From contig MU058444.1 in assembly GCA_013265495.1 (NCBI GenBank), forward strand, positions 2,108,001 to 2,172,000: 64,000 bases of DNA, given 5' to 3'. The notes under the pieces were generated by a model, which saw only the letters and a list, made by a program, of their open reading frames with translations, did not search any database and was not told where the DNA came from. Each line of letters starts with the position of its first letter. The stretch's first letter is position 1. Of this stretch, positions 1 to 11,104 are shown piece after piece. The translations under genes were made by a program, and so were the position numbers. Origin of the DNA: Vicugna vicugna. Lineage: Eukaryota.

Positions 1-3000
1 GCCATTTCTTTTGACCCTGAAACACATTCCAGATGGTCTGGAGATTCAGGGCACGGATCCCCCAGCCTCTTATCTCCCGGCTGTGCTGATGCACCAACAG
101 GAGGGTTTCCTGGCCCACTTCCTCTCACATTTTGTAAATGAAGGGGGCACTGGTTTCCTCCCTTGCTTGGAAGACCATCAGGTATGTGTGGCTTCTCATC
201 CACCATCTCGGAACCAGTGGGTGATTTTTGATTCACGTCTCCAAACTGTTCTACTCTCTCTGAATATCCATCCACAAGCAGCGTGGAGAAAATACTTTCA
301 AGGTGCGGTGGCAGCCCTGTAGATGTAACACCTCTTTCCTCTGGTTCGCACTCCATCTGAGTCAATTCTTTCATCAGTTCAAACGCTCCTGGCGTTTTCT
401 GGCCACACTGATTTTGCTTAAGCACGCCAAGCAGCAGCTCCGACTTCAGATCTGCGGTCCAGCTGGGATCATCTCTGCTCCCTGTTTTTAGTTCTGGCGA
501 GTTATTCATGGGGGACACGACAGAACAGTCCCTGGTTTCAGAGTCGCCAGGAACATCAGATGCTTCGTTTATCAACTGTGCTCTGCTAACCCTTTTCATT
601 AAGTTATTTATTAAAATTTTAGTATCTGCATGGGCTGAAGGGTCTCCAGCCTCTTGAGGATTCCCATGACCATCTCTCAGTCGATCTTGTAAGATATCCT
701 TCATGTCCTCAACAAACACTGGAGACAGCTCAGGACTCGGAACCTCGTTTTCCTGGGGTCCTAGAGACGAGGCTCGTTCCGTTCTTGGTTGCTGGGCAAT
801 TATTTCTTCCTCACTGTTAATTTCTAAAGATGAGCAGCCGGTGCTTAAGGTGTCCCTGGAGTTGCTATTTATTATTCCATTTGCGCCAAGTCCTGACGGC
901 ACGGAATCAGCATGCTTCCTGAAGCCTTCCACACTTCCGAGAGGTAAGACTGAAGACGTGCTTTCATCAATTTCTGGTGTGAACTCGGGAATTCCTGTTC
1001 CTCCTTCTGAGACGTTTTCTTTAGTACAAAGATCCTTCCATTGGACCATCTCATTCAGGGGAGAGGCTTCTTGGGCGAGAGCTGCCTTCTCTTTGGCATC
1101 CTTAACTCCTAACTGTAAGTGATCCTTTGTGGGAGGGGAAGCTATTGGAAAACAGCCTGGGGCATCTTCATTTGGTTTCCATCCAGCTTCTGCTTTTACA
1201 TTTCGAGCACAGTGTTTTAAAAAAGCAAACAGATCCAGCTCTTCCTCAGGTCCATCAGTGAATGAATCTTTCTCAATACTTGGAGACCCTTCAGACACCG
1301 TGACGTCTGGAGCAATCTCATCGCTGATCCCATGGGAAGCTGCTGACTCAAATATTTCTTCAAGATTCTCAAACTGAACGGGACTTTGACTGACTACTGT
1401 TGGCAGATTCTTTGGTTCATCTTCAAGGGCCACTGTCGCTTTTTTGAGGCTTCCTTTCTGATGTTCGCTCTCTGTGAGCTGCGGGTGTAGAAACTGACTG
1501 CTGACTAAATCAAGGCTCTCTCTTGTGCTTTCCCTGGGCAAAGGTTGGAGATATTTATCATCTTCTACAGGACCTTCTAAAAGCACTTCTCCTTTATCCG
1601 TGCCCATTTTACGAATCGAGGCTTCCTCTTCCATCAGGGTACCGGTCTTGTCATCGCTCTCTCTAATCGGATCTCCTCCATTTCCGTGATGACCTCTGCC
1701 AGTTACAGAGACTGTGGGTGACAAATGGCCTTCCTCAGCACGGTTTCCTAGGAAACCGGGCTCAGGACAAACGATTTCATCAGAAGATGGGTCAGTCACA
1801 AGTGGCACCTTCTCAAAATCTGGACTGCTGCCTTTTACAGACTCCGCAGAGCCTGGAGCTCGAGTCAACTTAACCCCCGTGTTCTTCCGATCACCATCCA
1901 GCCCCGAAGCTAAACGTCGGACACCGACGGGGCCAGAGGTGTTTTCCGACTCAGCAGCCTTCACAACAGGCAGCAGTGTATCCTTAAGGACCATCTCATG
2001 ATTCCACAGATTTTCTTTGCTTTTCCAAACAGCCTCCGTCGTATATTCTGGGACGCTGCTTCTCTCTGTAACTGAGCTACTCTGACGACTCGATTCGAGC
2101 CATAAAACATTTACACTTGGCTGTTTTTCTAAAGAACTCTGATTGTGCTTTTTATCCGGGAGAATCATTTCACTGCGACGTTGACTTCCGTGACCGTCTT
2201 CCTCCTCGAGTGCCGCGATGACACGCGCCTGGACATCCGTGTGGTCAGCCTGGTCCTGGCACGCGGGCTGTCCATCCTCACCTCCCGCTCCTTCGTCTTC
2301 AGTGTCACCACCATCATCGTCATAATCGTCACTGTTTTCCAGATCATTACTGTCACACAGAGGGTCCCCGTAACCTTCTTCACTCTGCACAGATTCTAAA
2401 TGATCGGTATCAGATCCAAATTCTTGTCCAGTTACACTCTCCTCTTCTCTCCAGCAGCCAGCGTCCTCAGGTTTTAGTGCCGCTCGGAATCTCCCTTCTC
2501 TTCCTACAACGTTGTGGTCGGTCCACGAGTCCAACTCCGCACCCTCCAGGCTATCTGTGCTGTCCCTTTCTGAGATGGTTTCCATCGCTGGTCCATTCAT
2601 CTCGGACAGGCCAACTGAATGGAAGTGTCTTCTTTCACCAGAATCTGGTTCTGCTTTCTTGGCACCTATGAGAAAATCCTGCAGGGATCCTAGTGCCCCC
2701 TGGGCCCCCATGGAATGTTCACTCCCTTTAGAGACATCGTAAAAAACCTCTCCAGGAGGGGCCGGCCCATCGTCTTCCTCTCCCAGGATGTCACAGTCCT
2801 CAGGCTGCAGACCATCCCTGTCATCGCCCTCAAGAAGCAGAGAATCATGGTCATCGTCCTCAAACAAAGGAGTGTCATAGAAGTCATCCTCGCTGTCACT
2901 GTCTGTCTCTGTGTCGCTCTGCCGACTGACCAGCAGGGATGTTTCGTAGTCGCCAGCACTGGTGCTGGCCAATTCTCCCAACACCGATGGACCTGTGAGA

Positions 3001-5426
3001 GCCAGGCTGACGTGATCACCGCCACCCCCCGGGGTCATGGCACAGGGGTCCTCCTCCACCGCGGACTCAGGCCACTTGTCCTGGGAAGCAGCGAGAACTT
3101 TTTCACCTTTACCGTAAGTATCCGAACCATACTGATCATCCTGATGCTGCCCCTGAGGATGACTGGAAGCAAGATTTAAAGATTTCTGTACAGCGTGTTC
3201 CCCCTGTAAACTGATGTTAATTGCTGCAATGCCCAGAAACTCGTCTTGAAATTTGCCTCCCATTCCTGGATCCAGTAATGTGGTTTGGTCCTTGAACGGC
3301 AGTGAAGAGACTTCACACTTATTTCCACTGCTCCCTGTGGCGTGTATATCGTGTAAACTTCTCTGCTCGGTCCTCAGTTTATCGTGACTTAACAGGGCAC
3401 TTAGGCGGGGGGAGTAGTCAAAGATGGCTGGACCCCTGCTAATGTTATCTTCAGTCTCCGTTTCATTCAAATCACAGATCCTACTAGTTTTTGCCTCCAC
3501 CGTAGGGCTTGTTATCAAATCACCTGCAAAGTTTTGAACGTTTTTAGAATGACCACATTCATATGCATGCTCCTGTGTTTCCATGGGACTTTGATTTTCA
3601 CCATTTTTAAGTATATTTTCAGAGCCTGGTCTCAGGACACGAACTCCAGCCAGTCGGGGCTGTGTGGGGGCTGATCCTGATCTGGGAACACACACGCTGG
3701 AGGAGTTCTGAACTTTAGGATCGGCTGCTATCATACCTGCCGGATTTTCTGACTGGCCAAATTCACTCCTGATAGCGTTGCTTCCCATTTCATGAAATTC
3801 TTCATCTATGACATGTTTTCTGTTTTCAGGGATTTCTTGATGCTGGGGTTCTCTGCGAGGACATTTCTCCAAACTACTTGGTGAAGCTGTACCTTCATCC
3901 ATTTCTTGACCTGAAGCATTATTCAGAAACACACCAGGGTGTCTTAAGACATCAGGACGTTCTTTTCCGGGCATGTCCTCATCAAATTCTGCAGCACAGC
4001 CTTCCAGGAGCATCCCGACTGCTTCGTCCAGGTCTCCATCGTACAGCAAGAGCCTCTGCCCGGTGTTGGCGTCCATGTAACTGTTGATCATCAAATAAGA
4101 CAGGAATAATTTTTTAGTCTGTTCTGAGCTCTGAGTCTCCACCGGCTCCTCTTCCTCAAAGACATCCTCCTCCTGCCTGTAGTCCTGGACCATGGATGGC
4201 TGGAATTTACAAAAAGAGAGCCACCGTCTAGCGTTTCTGCAAGCTTCCATGTCTCCCAAGTCTGGCATCTGATCAGGCAGTATTATACTTTTCAAAATCG
4301 CTGCTGTGCCGTGATCTATAATTCCCAGTTCCGTAGCAACATCCAAATCGAGGACTTGAGAAGTTTCGGGAATATACAGAGCAGCTATCTTCTGCCTGCC
4401 GTCCAGGATCTTGTACGCCAGTTCGTTGGTAATCAGCTCCTGCTGCAAGGAAGATGACGTGGGGAAGATTTCTCCAGAGTGAGGCCAGATGAGGCCCACG
4501 TAGCCTCGCTGAGCCTCCAGGACCAGGAGAGCGCTGCTGGGCGTTATTAAATCACACTGGACCGCCTCGTCCACCGTCAAACGCTTGGCGGGGCTGGAGC
4601 GGATGATCCCACCGGTTTCGACCTGGTAGGTGAGGATGCTGTTGGCCATGTCCCTGTCCATCAGCCCCGCCGCCACTGCCTCTTCCACTGTCAGCCGCTG
4701 GCCAGACGTGCTGCCGATCAGACCCCCCGAGAGCAGCTGCGCGCCCAGTAACCTAAACACGGTCTCGCGGTCGATGAGGCCTTCGTGAGCCGCCCTTAAA
4801 ATGCTCACGCTTCTTCCACCTTTTAACGTGACCCTGCCTCCTTCTTGCGGCCTCACGGGCAGCAGCCGCACCCCGGTGTTTTCCTGCAAAATACTCCTTT
4901 GCATCATGGCTCCCAGAGACAGCTTCTCAGCGGTCGAGGGGTCGATGAGATCTTGGCTTGTGTTCTGCCTCTCCAGGACTTTGGAAAACAACGCCGAGGA
5001 AACCAAGCGCTGCTGGAAAGCCTTCTGCAGGGTCAGCTGTTCTCCCGTGGCTGGGCTGACCAGGCAGCCCGTGGACAGGAGCATGTCGAGAACTCTGACA
5101 GCCGTGGGCTCTGATATCACGCCTTCAGCCAGAGCCTCGAGCACCGGCAGCGTGGAGGACGATGGCACAGCGGAAATGATCTCCTTGGTCTCATTCAGCT
5201 CCCGGAGGCGGCTCAGAATTTGCTCATCAATAAGGCCGTGACTTTCAGCATCTTCGAGGCCAAAGCACTTCCTTGATTCTGGTGAGATGAGACCAGAAAT
5301 CATCAGCTGCGTCTCCAGCAACTGGATTCCTGTGTCATAATCAAGGAGGCCTCTTAAAACTGCCTGGAAGACGGAGAGGACCTCTCCCGTGGTCTGGTCA
5401 ACGGTGCCCGCGATCACTTTCTCCAG
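1..5426 (-). CDS. DST: DST giant BPAG1b-type exon (plakin repeat domain plus long low-complexity spacer), 3' part beyond the window
   Basis: Acceptor AG at 5427-5428, then LEKVIAGTVDQTTGEVLSVFQAVLRGLLDYDTGIQLLETQLMISGLISPE. The same frame gives DTPLFEDDDHDSLLL, FELMKELT and ECVSGSKEM at position 3. Spot checks are stop-free. Its absence from the ORF track fits a frame with no stop before the window edge. Confidence 0.95.
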   Translation of the reverse strand, partial: MEKVIAGTVDQTTGEVLSVFQAVLRGLLDYDTGIQLLETQLMISGLISPESRKCFGLEDAESHGLIDEQILSRLRELNETKEIISAVPSSSTLPVLEALAEGVISEPTAVRVLDMLLSTGCLVSPATGEQLTLQKAFQQRLVSSALFSKVLERQNTSQDLIDPSTAEKLSLGAMMQRSILQENTGVRLLPVRPQEGGRVTLKGGRSVSILRAAHEGLIDRETVFRLLGAQLLSGGLIGSTSGQRLTVEEAVAAGLMDRDMANSILTYQVETGGIIRSSPAKRLTVDEAVQCDLITPSSALLVLEAQRGYVGLIWPHSGEIFPTSSSLQQELITNELAYKILDGRQKIAALYIPETSQVLDLDVATELGIIDHGTAAILKSIILPDQMPDLGDMEACRNARRWLSFCKFQPSMVQDYRQEEDVFEEEEPVETQSSEQTKKLFLSYLMINSYMDANTGQRLLLYDGDLDEAVGMLLEGCAAEFDEDMPGKERPDVLRHPGVFLNNASGQEMDEGTASPSSLEKCPRREPQHQEIPENRKHVIDEEFHEMGSNAIRSEFGQSENPAGMIAADPKVQNSSSVCVPRSGSAPTQPRLAGVRVLRPGSENILKNGENQSPMETQEHAYECGHSKNVQNFAGDLITSPTVEAKTSRICDLNETETEDNISRGPAIFDYSPRLSALLSHDKLRTEQRSLHDIHATGSSGNKCEVSSLPFKDQTTLLDPGMGGKFQDEFLGIAAINISLQGEHAVQKSLNLASSHPQGQHQDDQYGSDTYGKGEKVLAASQDKWPESAVEEDPCAMTPGGGGDHVSLALTGPSVLGELASTSAGDYETSLLVSRQSDTETDSDSEDDFYDTPLFEDDDHDSLLLEGDDRDGLQPEDCDILGEEDDGPAPPGEVFYDVSKGSEHSMGAQGALGSLQDFLIGAKKAEPDSGERRHFHSVGLSEMNGPAMETISERDSTDSLEGAELDSWTDHNVVGREGRFRAALKPEDAGCWREEESVTGQEFGSDTDHLESVQSEEGYGDPLCDSNDLENSDDYDDDGGDTEDEGAGGEDGQPACQDQADHTDVQARVIAALEEEDGHGSQRRSEMILPDKKHNQSSLEKQPSVNVLWLESSRQSSSVTERSSVPEYTTEAVWKSKENLWNHEMVLKDTLLPVVKAAESENTSGPVGVRRLASGLDGDRKNTGVKLTRAPGSAESVKGSSPDFEKVPLVTDPSSDEIVCPEPGFLGNRAEEGHLSPTVSVTGRGHHGNGGDPIRESDDKTGTLMEEEASIRKMGTDKGEVLLEGPVEDDKYLQPLPRESTRESLDLVSSQFLHPQLTESEHQKGSLKKATVALEDEPKNLPTVVSQSPVQFENLEEIFESAASHGISDEIAPDVTVSEGSPSIEKDSFTDGPEEELDLFAFLKHCARNVKAEAGWKPNEDAPGCFPIASPPTKDHLQLGVKDAKEKAALAQEASPLNEMVQWKDLCTKENVSEGGTGIPEFTPEIDESTSSVLPLGSVEGFRKHADSVPSGLGANGIINSNSRDTLSTGCSSLEINSEEEIIAQQPRTERASSLGPQENEVPSPELSPVFVEDMKDILQDRLRDGHGNPQEAGDPSAHADTKILINNLMKRVSRAQLINEASDVPGDSETRDCSVVSPMNNSPELKTGSRDDPSWTADLKSELLLGVLKQNQCGQKTPGAFELMKELTQMECEPEERGVTSTGLPPHLESIFSTLLVDGYSERVEQFGDVNQKSPTGSEMVDEKPHIPDGLPSKGGNQCPLHLQNVRGSGPGNPPVGASAQPGDKRLGDPCPESPDHLECVSGSKEM

Positions 5427-6510
5427 CTGCAAGGAAAACATGAAACTCTCAGTCGGTGACACGAGGGTGGACGGAGCGTCGTGAAACTTCATTTTTTTTT
5501 TTAATAAATAACACACATCAACAGAAAATCCTCTACTTACCGGGGCGCAGGCAGTGCTGTGAGTGTTAGGCAGCTCAAATGCACAAGTGATCTATGTCAG
5601 TGATCTATTCAACAGCACAGGATGTGATAAAAGCTTTGAAAACGACATGCATCTGTGAATTGAAAACTTAACATCGTGTACATTAACAAGGTTAGTGAGC
5701 ACACAACGGAGGAGATGGTGAGGGTGAGGGAACAGGACGCACACCTAGAAGGCAAACCATGCTTTCTGCAACTGGATGAGATTAGTCTACCGACGTGAAA
5801 GAGAGTTTCAAACCCCATGCTATCGATGTTTACAGCATACCAACTTCTGCACGGATAACTCAAAACTAACGAGCCCGAAATATTGGTACATACCCCCAAA
5901 ATGCGACACATAGTGCGTAAAATATTCCAGGGAGTAGGGAATCGAATATAAAGATAACTTTTTGAATATGGGCTATTGCATTGAATATTGTGACTATGCA
6001 ATGTCAAGTTTTAAAAGTTTAAGGATAGGCCACATTTTCAGTGATTTCTGTTACAGTTTAAGAAACTGCTGGAGCATCCTTCACTGTCCAGTATGGTCCA
6101 GAATGACAAATAAATCTCCTGGTTATCTCTGAAAGTCAGACACATCCCTGACCCTCCAACGTCACCTCTCAAGCTCTCAGACTATTTCATACATCATATT
6201 TATACAGTAAAATACCTACAACAGCAGTAGAAGGATGGCTTTTAAAGAGAAGTTAGAAAAATGAATGATTCTTTCTTTTTACCATGCAAGGCAGAGATTA
6301 AGATGTCACAGAAACTGATGAGAGCAAGTGTAAGACTGCATTTAACCAACAACACTGAAATCTCCAGATACTTCCTCCCCTCCCCCACCTGCGTTTTTCC
6401 CACAAACCCCATTCAAGGTCATTTCTTGGTCACTGACATGTTATTTCTACAATCATGCGATTAAACTAAGAATCTTGAAACAGCTTCACGTTCTAAACAA
6501 ATAACATTAC

Positions 6511-6643
6511 CTTCTCCTCTACCTTTATGTCTTGTAAGGTTTGTGATTGCTGTAGTTGTTTGAGAGATTCACTAAATACATTAGAACTTTCTTGGAGAGT
6601 TTTCACTTGTTTTTCCAGTTCATTTCTTTCTTCATCTGTCATT
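6511..6643 (-). CDS. DST: DST BPAG1a/b exon (MTDEERNELEKQVKTLQES...VEEK)
   Basis: 133 nt, AG/GT boundaries, phase 2->0. Confidence 0.93.
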
Positions 6644-7646
6644 CTAAAATAATCAGAAAGTATGAAAACAGGAATGCAAGTCTGCAAGTGATAAAAGAAG
6701 ACATACTGGGCTCAATGATTTTGGTAAAGAATACTTTTCTAAATAAGCACATGGTCATAAAATAAAATCTAGTGTAACCTCACACACAGATGGCTCAGGA
6801 CACAGAGTGCACACGAAATTGCTGTGTATGAAAACTAAGCCTGGCCCTTACGGCCCTAAAAACATCCTGCCTGAAAAAGGGACTGAAGGAAAGAGTGTGA
6901 ACTAGTGTCCCAGCGCCTCTCTGGCATATCCAAAGTTCTAAAATGATAATTGACGTTGTCTGACAGGGGGAAGGAACTACTGTCAGTCCCAACGTGGAAA
7001 CGGGACGGTAAGGGACCACGACTCAAGACGGATCTTGTTAAAGCAGCAGGAGGAACAGAAAGGAAATGTGTGAGGAAATTAACCCGACTTGCTAAGATGT
7101 GCTGCAAAATCATTCTAGAGTAAGTCTCAAGACGACAGCCAAAAAAGGATTTCAGAAAAGGGTAGATCCCTTGCCTGCCTGAGGCAGTAGCTGAAATATA
7201 TGAAATGCCTTGTTGCAAAAAGTAGGACCAAACCAGGAGACATCAGGTTGCCAAAGGTCTCAGCTAAGGACGCGTAGAACATGTCTACATATATTTTCCA
7301 AAAGCTAAGTCCCAGAGGAACTTGGCTTGGTGTGTTTACAACTCACTAACCACTGATCCTTAACTCTCTGAGTTAAGCAATCTCTTACCAGCAATCTGTT
7401 TTCTTATCAGCACTAGATGCGGATAAGAAGTACATTTACAGGGTTTTGGTAAAGACGAAGGGTAACTAAAAGTGACATTAACTAAATTGCTATATTTATC
7501 ACCTTAGGTTATTACATTTCGAAGTAAATGTGTGACCAAGTTCCATTTTCGAACTGCCAGTTGAAATTTACCACCTTCTACCTTGCTGAGCGTTTATAAG
7601 ACCAGTTCCCTCCTTCGACTGAAAGAGCTAAGGAAAACCAACGTAC

Positions 7647-7735
7647 TTGTCTCCGTGTTTAGCCAGAAATAGCTGCATGGCTTGAAGGGTTTCAGATAAT
7701 TGTTCCTTCTTGATCGAGATTTCCTCACTGGAAAT
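7647..7735 (-). CDS. DST: DST BPAG1a/b exon ([30 protein letters not shown])
   Basis: 89 nt, AG/GT, phase 0->2. Confidence 0.93.
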
Positions 7736-7811
7736 CTGCAAGGTAAAGACAACACACTCAAACTCTTCCTTCGTAAAGACCCGACAACGGAAATCTTCAA
7801 AAATTAATCCA

Positions 7812-7946
7812 GGGGGAGGAACTATCTCAGTGGTAGAGCGCGTGCTTAGCAGGCACAAGGTCCTGGGTTCAATCCCCAGTCCCTCCATTAAATTAAATTA
7901 AATTAAACTAAATTAAATTAAAGAAACAAATAAACAAATCTAATTC
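7812..7946 (+). mobile_element. tRNA-Ala-like SINE (Vic-1-like)
   Basis: A box (CTCAGTGGTAGAGC), B box (GGTTCAATCCCC), (AAATT)n tail. Confidence 0.85.
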
Positions 7947-9729
7947 CAGGTTTGCATCAAGACCCACATAATGGGTCTATTTTCAAGCCAGTAACGCATC
8001 CGTTACTAGTCTGCAGGGCTGGATAAGGAGGACGCTTTATGCAGAATGGATGATTGAGGAAGCTCCTCCCTCTGACCCTAATGCCATCATTTCCACGAGG
8101 AAATAATAATACATTATATCTTGCATCTGTCCCAGCCCAGCCACCAGTAAAGATTGTCACAGTCTTCCTAAAGACGTGTGAATAAAAAAAACGGCATCTT
8201 CCTCCCCTCCCCTGCCAAGCTCCTGGATGCAATGCTCCTTCTGAAAAAATTACAGTAGACATTATGTATTCATGTCTAGATCTGCAGATCAAGACTAAAA
8301 TAATTTCTATTACCAAGACGTTCACTTGCCAAAGTCGCCTGTGACAGTCAGAGAAATAAAAAATTGACTTGTTTGAGGGAAAGCAAACTGTTGTAATAGT
8401 CTCCCTTAATTCCTTTCTCAAGATCTAATATCGAAAGTCACTGCCACTCTCTGAAGTGAGCAGAAAGTACGATGGGACAGTGAAAAGGTCCATTTCCCCG
8501 GAAGTCTATTTCTCATGGTTACAGATAGTTATGAGGCCATACTGACTTTTTTAAGGCCACATTTATTATTCACATCAAATTACCTGAAATTCCCTTTAAC
8601 AGAGGGACCATGAAGTGTTATTCAAGATCCATCATTTATTCCATGATCTGCATGGGAAAGGTACCTGTCTACTTTCATGTCTGCTAAGTCTAAAACTAAA
8701 ACTGATTTGTGAACTTGTGGAGAATTTAAAACTACAGAATGAGAAATCACGAAGGCTTTATAAACTACGTTCCCCAAAAGAAACTTGTTCTCCCCAGAAA
8801 TCCTGGTGAAGATTTATGTCCCTGATTTAGCTCTTTTCCTATCTGGCAGAGGGGAAACCAAAAAAAAAGGTATTTTTAACTAAATATTTGCATGAAATTA
8901 CTTTGAGGGTTTTGGGTTTAAAAGACCACCGGTAACTACTTGCCAACTTATTTCTTCCACACTATATAAAAAACAGTCCGCTAGACTATGAGCTAAGCTG
9001 GCTTTATTTCAACTGAGTCAGAATTCAAGTAAATCCTCGGGTCTATAAGCCTCTCCAAGGGGGAGACCCAGGTAAGGCACAGCCGCCTCACACCACAGGC
9101 AAAATGAGACAAGACACGAAGTCTTCTGCTGTTTACTTATGTCCACAGCACCCGCTTCCACTGATGCCCAGTGAGGGATCCTGCAGAACCAGGAGGGGAA
9201 GATAATGATCGCATCTGTCATGGCCACGGGTCAGGCAGGAGCAGCCGGGCAAGACAGGAAAAATACAAACACCGCTGCATTTGGCAGAAATGGATTTTTT
9301 AAAATACAGCGGCAGTTCAGTGTTAGCACTGGTGGCATCAGCACTGCTTAACTTAACCCAGTGCCCTAAGAGCTTCAAGGGGGACGGTCCAAGGGACATT
9401 TAGGTCACGGAAAGAACCTAGAATTTCCAGGCGGGGACGGGGGGATGATTGGAGAACACTTCTTATGGAACAGAAAAGATCAGAAGGGCATTGGATCCTC
9501 AGAAATGTTAATATCTTGGTTTGTATTTTGTGGTTCTTGAAACATTCTGTTTATATCTGTAAGAATGAAACTGTGTTATCTTTGTGATACAGAAGTGCAT
9601 GGACGTCCTCTGGGCACAAAACAGGACTCTGGTCTTCGGCAAATCTCACCAAGATAACCCAGAAGGAGATCTAACTGTTAGGAAAAGCAGCCCTGCACAC
9701 TGGTTTACTAAGAGCGAGACTAATATTTA

Positions 9730-9850
9730 CACAGTTCAGGTTTTGGAATCAGAGGCACCGTCTTCTGCCGCATACTGTGACTCCTTGGGCAAGTTCCCTA
9801 ACCTCTCTGATCCTCATTATAATTGCCTATAAAAATAGGGACAACTAAAG
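9730..9850. mobile_element. MIR relic
   Basis: tgtgactccttgggcaagttccctaacctctctga...cctcatt resembles the MIR core. Confidence 0.55.
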
Positions 9851-9935
9851 AATTAAAGGGGTTTTTAGGTGGACTGTCGCAACTCAGTAAATTCTCCCCC
9901 CCATTGTGATTATTAAACCAGGACTTTGGGAATAC

Positions 9936-10064
9936 CTTTTGCTTAAAGAGGGAAGCCTTTCCAGCCTTCTCCCCATCTCTCAATGTCTTGCTGATATTTG
10001 ATACCCATTTCTGTAATTCTTTGGCTTTTTCAACATGCTCTTTCTTTTCTTCTTCCAGTGACTT
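9936..10064 (-). CDS. DST: DST BPAG1a/b exon ([26 protein letters not shown]...KQK); spliced from 20346, bypassing the BPAG1e exons
   Basis: 129 nt, AG/GT, phase 0->0. Confidence 0.93.
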
Positions 10065-10191
10065 CTGTCAGATGTAAGTGATAAAAAAAAAAAGATATAT
10101 CCCAATAAATGACTAAGCTATTGAAGTGACCTCTCCATAGAAATCAAGAATGTAAAAATAGTTTTGCATCACACGCAGGTTACCGAGATGC

Positions 10192-10197
10192 TTTATT
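10192..10197 (-). terminator. DST: Distal BPAG1e polyadenylation signal AATAAA
   Basis: TTTATT on +; GT/T-rich sequence follows on the sense strand; ~0.9 kb after the stop. Confidence 0.65.
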
Positions 10198-10342
10198 CAT
10201 TCACTTAACCATGTGTATCACGTCACACACCAGATGTACTTCCAAAATGTTTATGTAGCAAAGGAAACTGTGACAGTCAGTCTTGAATGATCAGTGGAAC
10301 CTCCCAGCTGGTCTACCAATATGACACGTTTAAAAACTCAAC

Positions 10343-10348
10343 TTTATT
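10343..10348 (-). terminator. DST: Proximal BPAG1e polyadenylation signal AATAAA
   Basis: TTTATT on +; followed on the sense strand by GTTGAGTTTTTAAACGTGTC. Confidence 0.6.
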
Positions 10349-11104
10349 CATGAAGCACTGGGCGATCTCTGAATTGCTGCCTTTGCATTAGCATCACAAG
10401 CACAATTGTCTGGACAGAAGAGTATCAGACAATGGCAACCTGAAACAGTGGAGAAAGTCTGCACACGTAGGAAAATTACACAGAACGAAGAAAAATCATC
10501 CGCCTTCCTCCAACACAGAACCCAGTCATGATGCTGCTTCCAGTGACAAAGTCGTGACTAGAAATGGGAGACGGTGGGGAACAGGTAATAGGCAAAGAAC
10601 GTTACATACACACACACACAGAAACCCCAAACTTTCATTTTTCAAGGCAATCTAAAACAATATAGCCTCACGGATGCTGGAACAAATGGGCACTTTTCCC
10701 TTGGATTCCATGGCGCTTTCTGCAGTGCTCTGTCAGCGAGTGCAATGGATCGTTTAATAAATGGGAAGGAACCCTGACATCAGGCAGGATCCGGTCATGA
10801 ATGGAGGGCTCGGAAGAGCGGATGCTAGAAACCTGCCGGAGTTCCTCAAGCTTATCCCATACTCTAGGTAAAATATTTCTATCTGAGTGTAGGTAAGAGT
10901 CAAAAAACAAATCTCAAAGGTAAATGGAATTGGGGCAGTAAGTCTTTGGATATTTTCAGTTTAAAAAGTATTTTCTCTCCTCAGCAGTTAGCTCTTTCCA
11001 GCCCTCAAGAAAGCAACTGGTGCTTTGAGTATGTGATACAATTTCTGGACTGTGTGTTCCATCGTGGGAACTGGACCTGTTCCAGGTAATCTACACACGT
11101 CCTA

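Noticed and set aside
11..5241. Numerous short ORFs on both strands
   Set aside because: Shadows or alternate frames of the giant DST exon, whose real frame is absent from the ORF track
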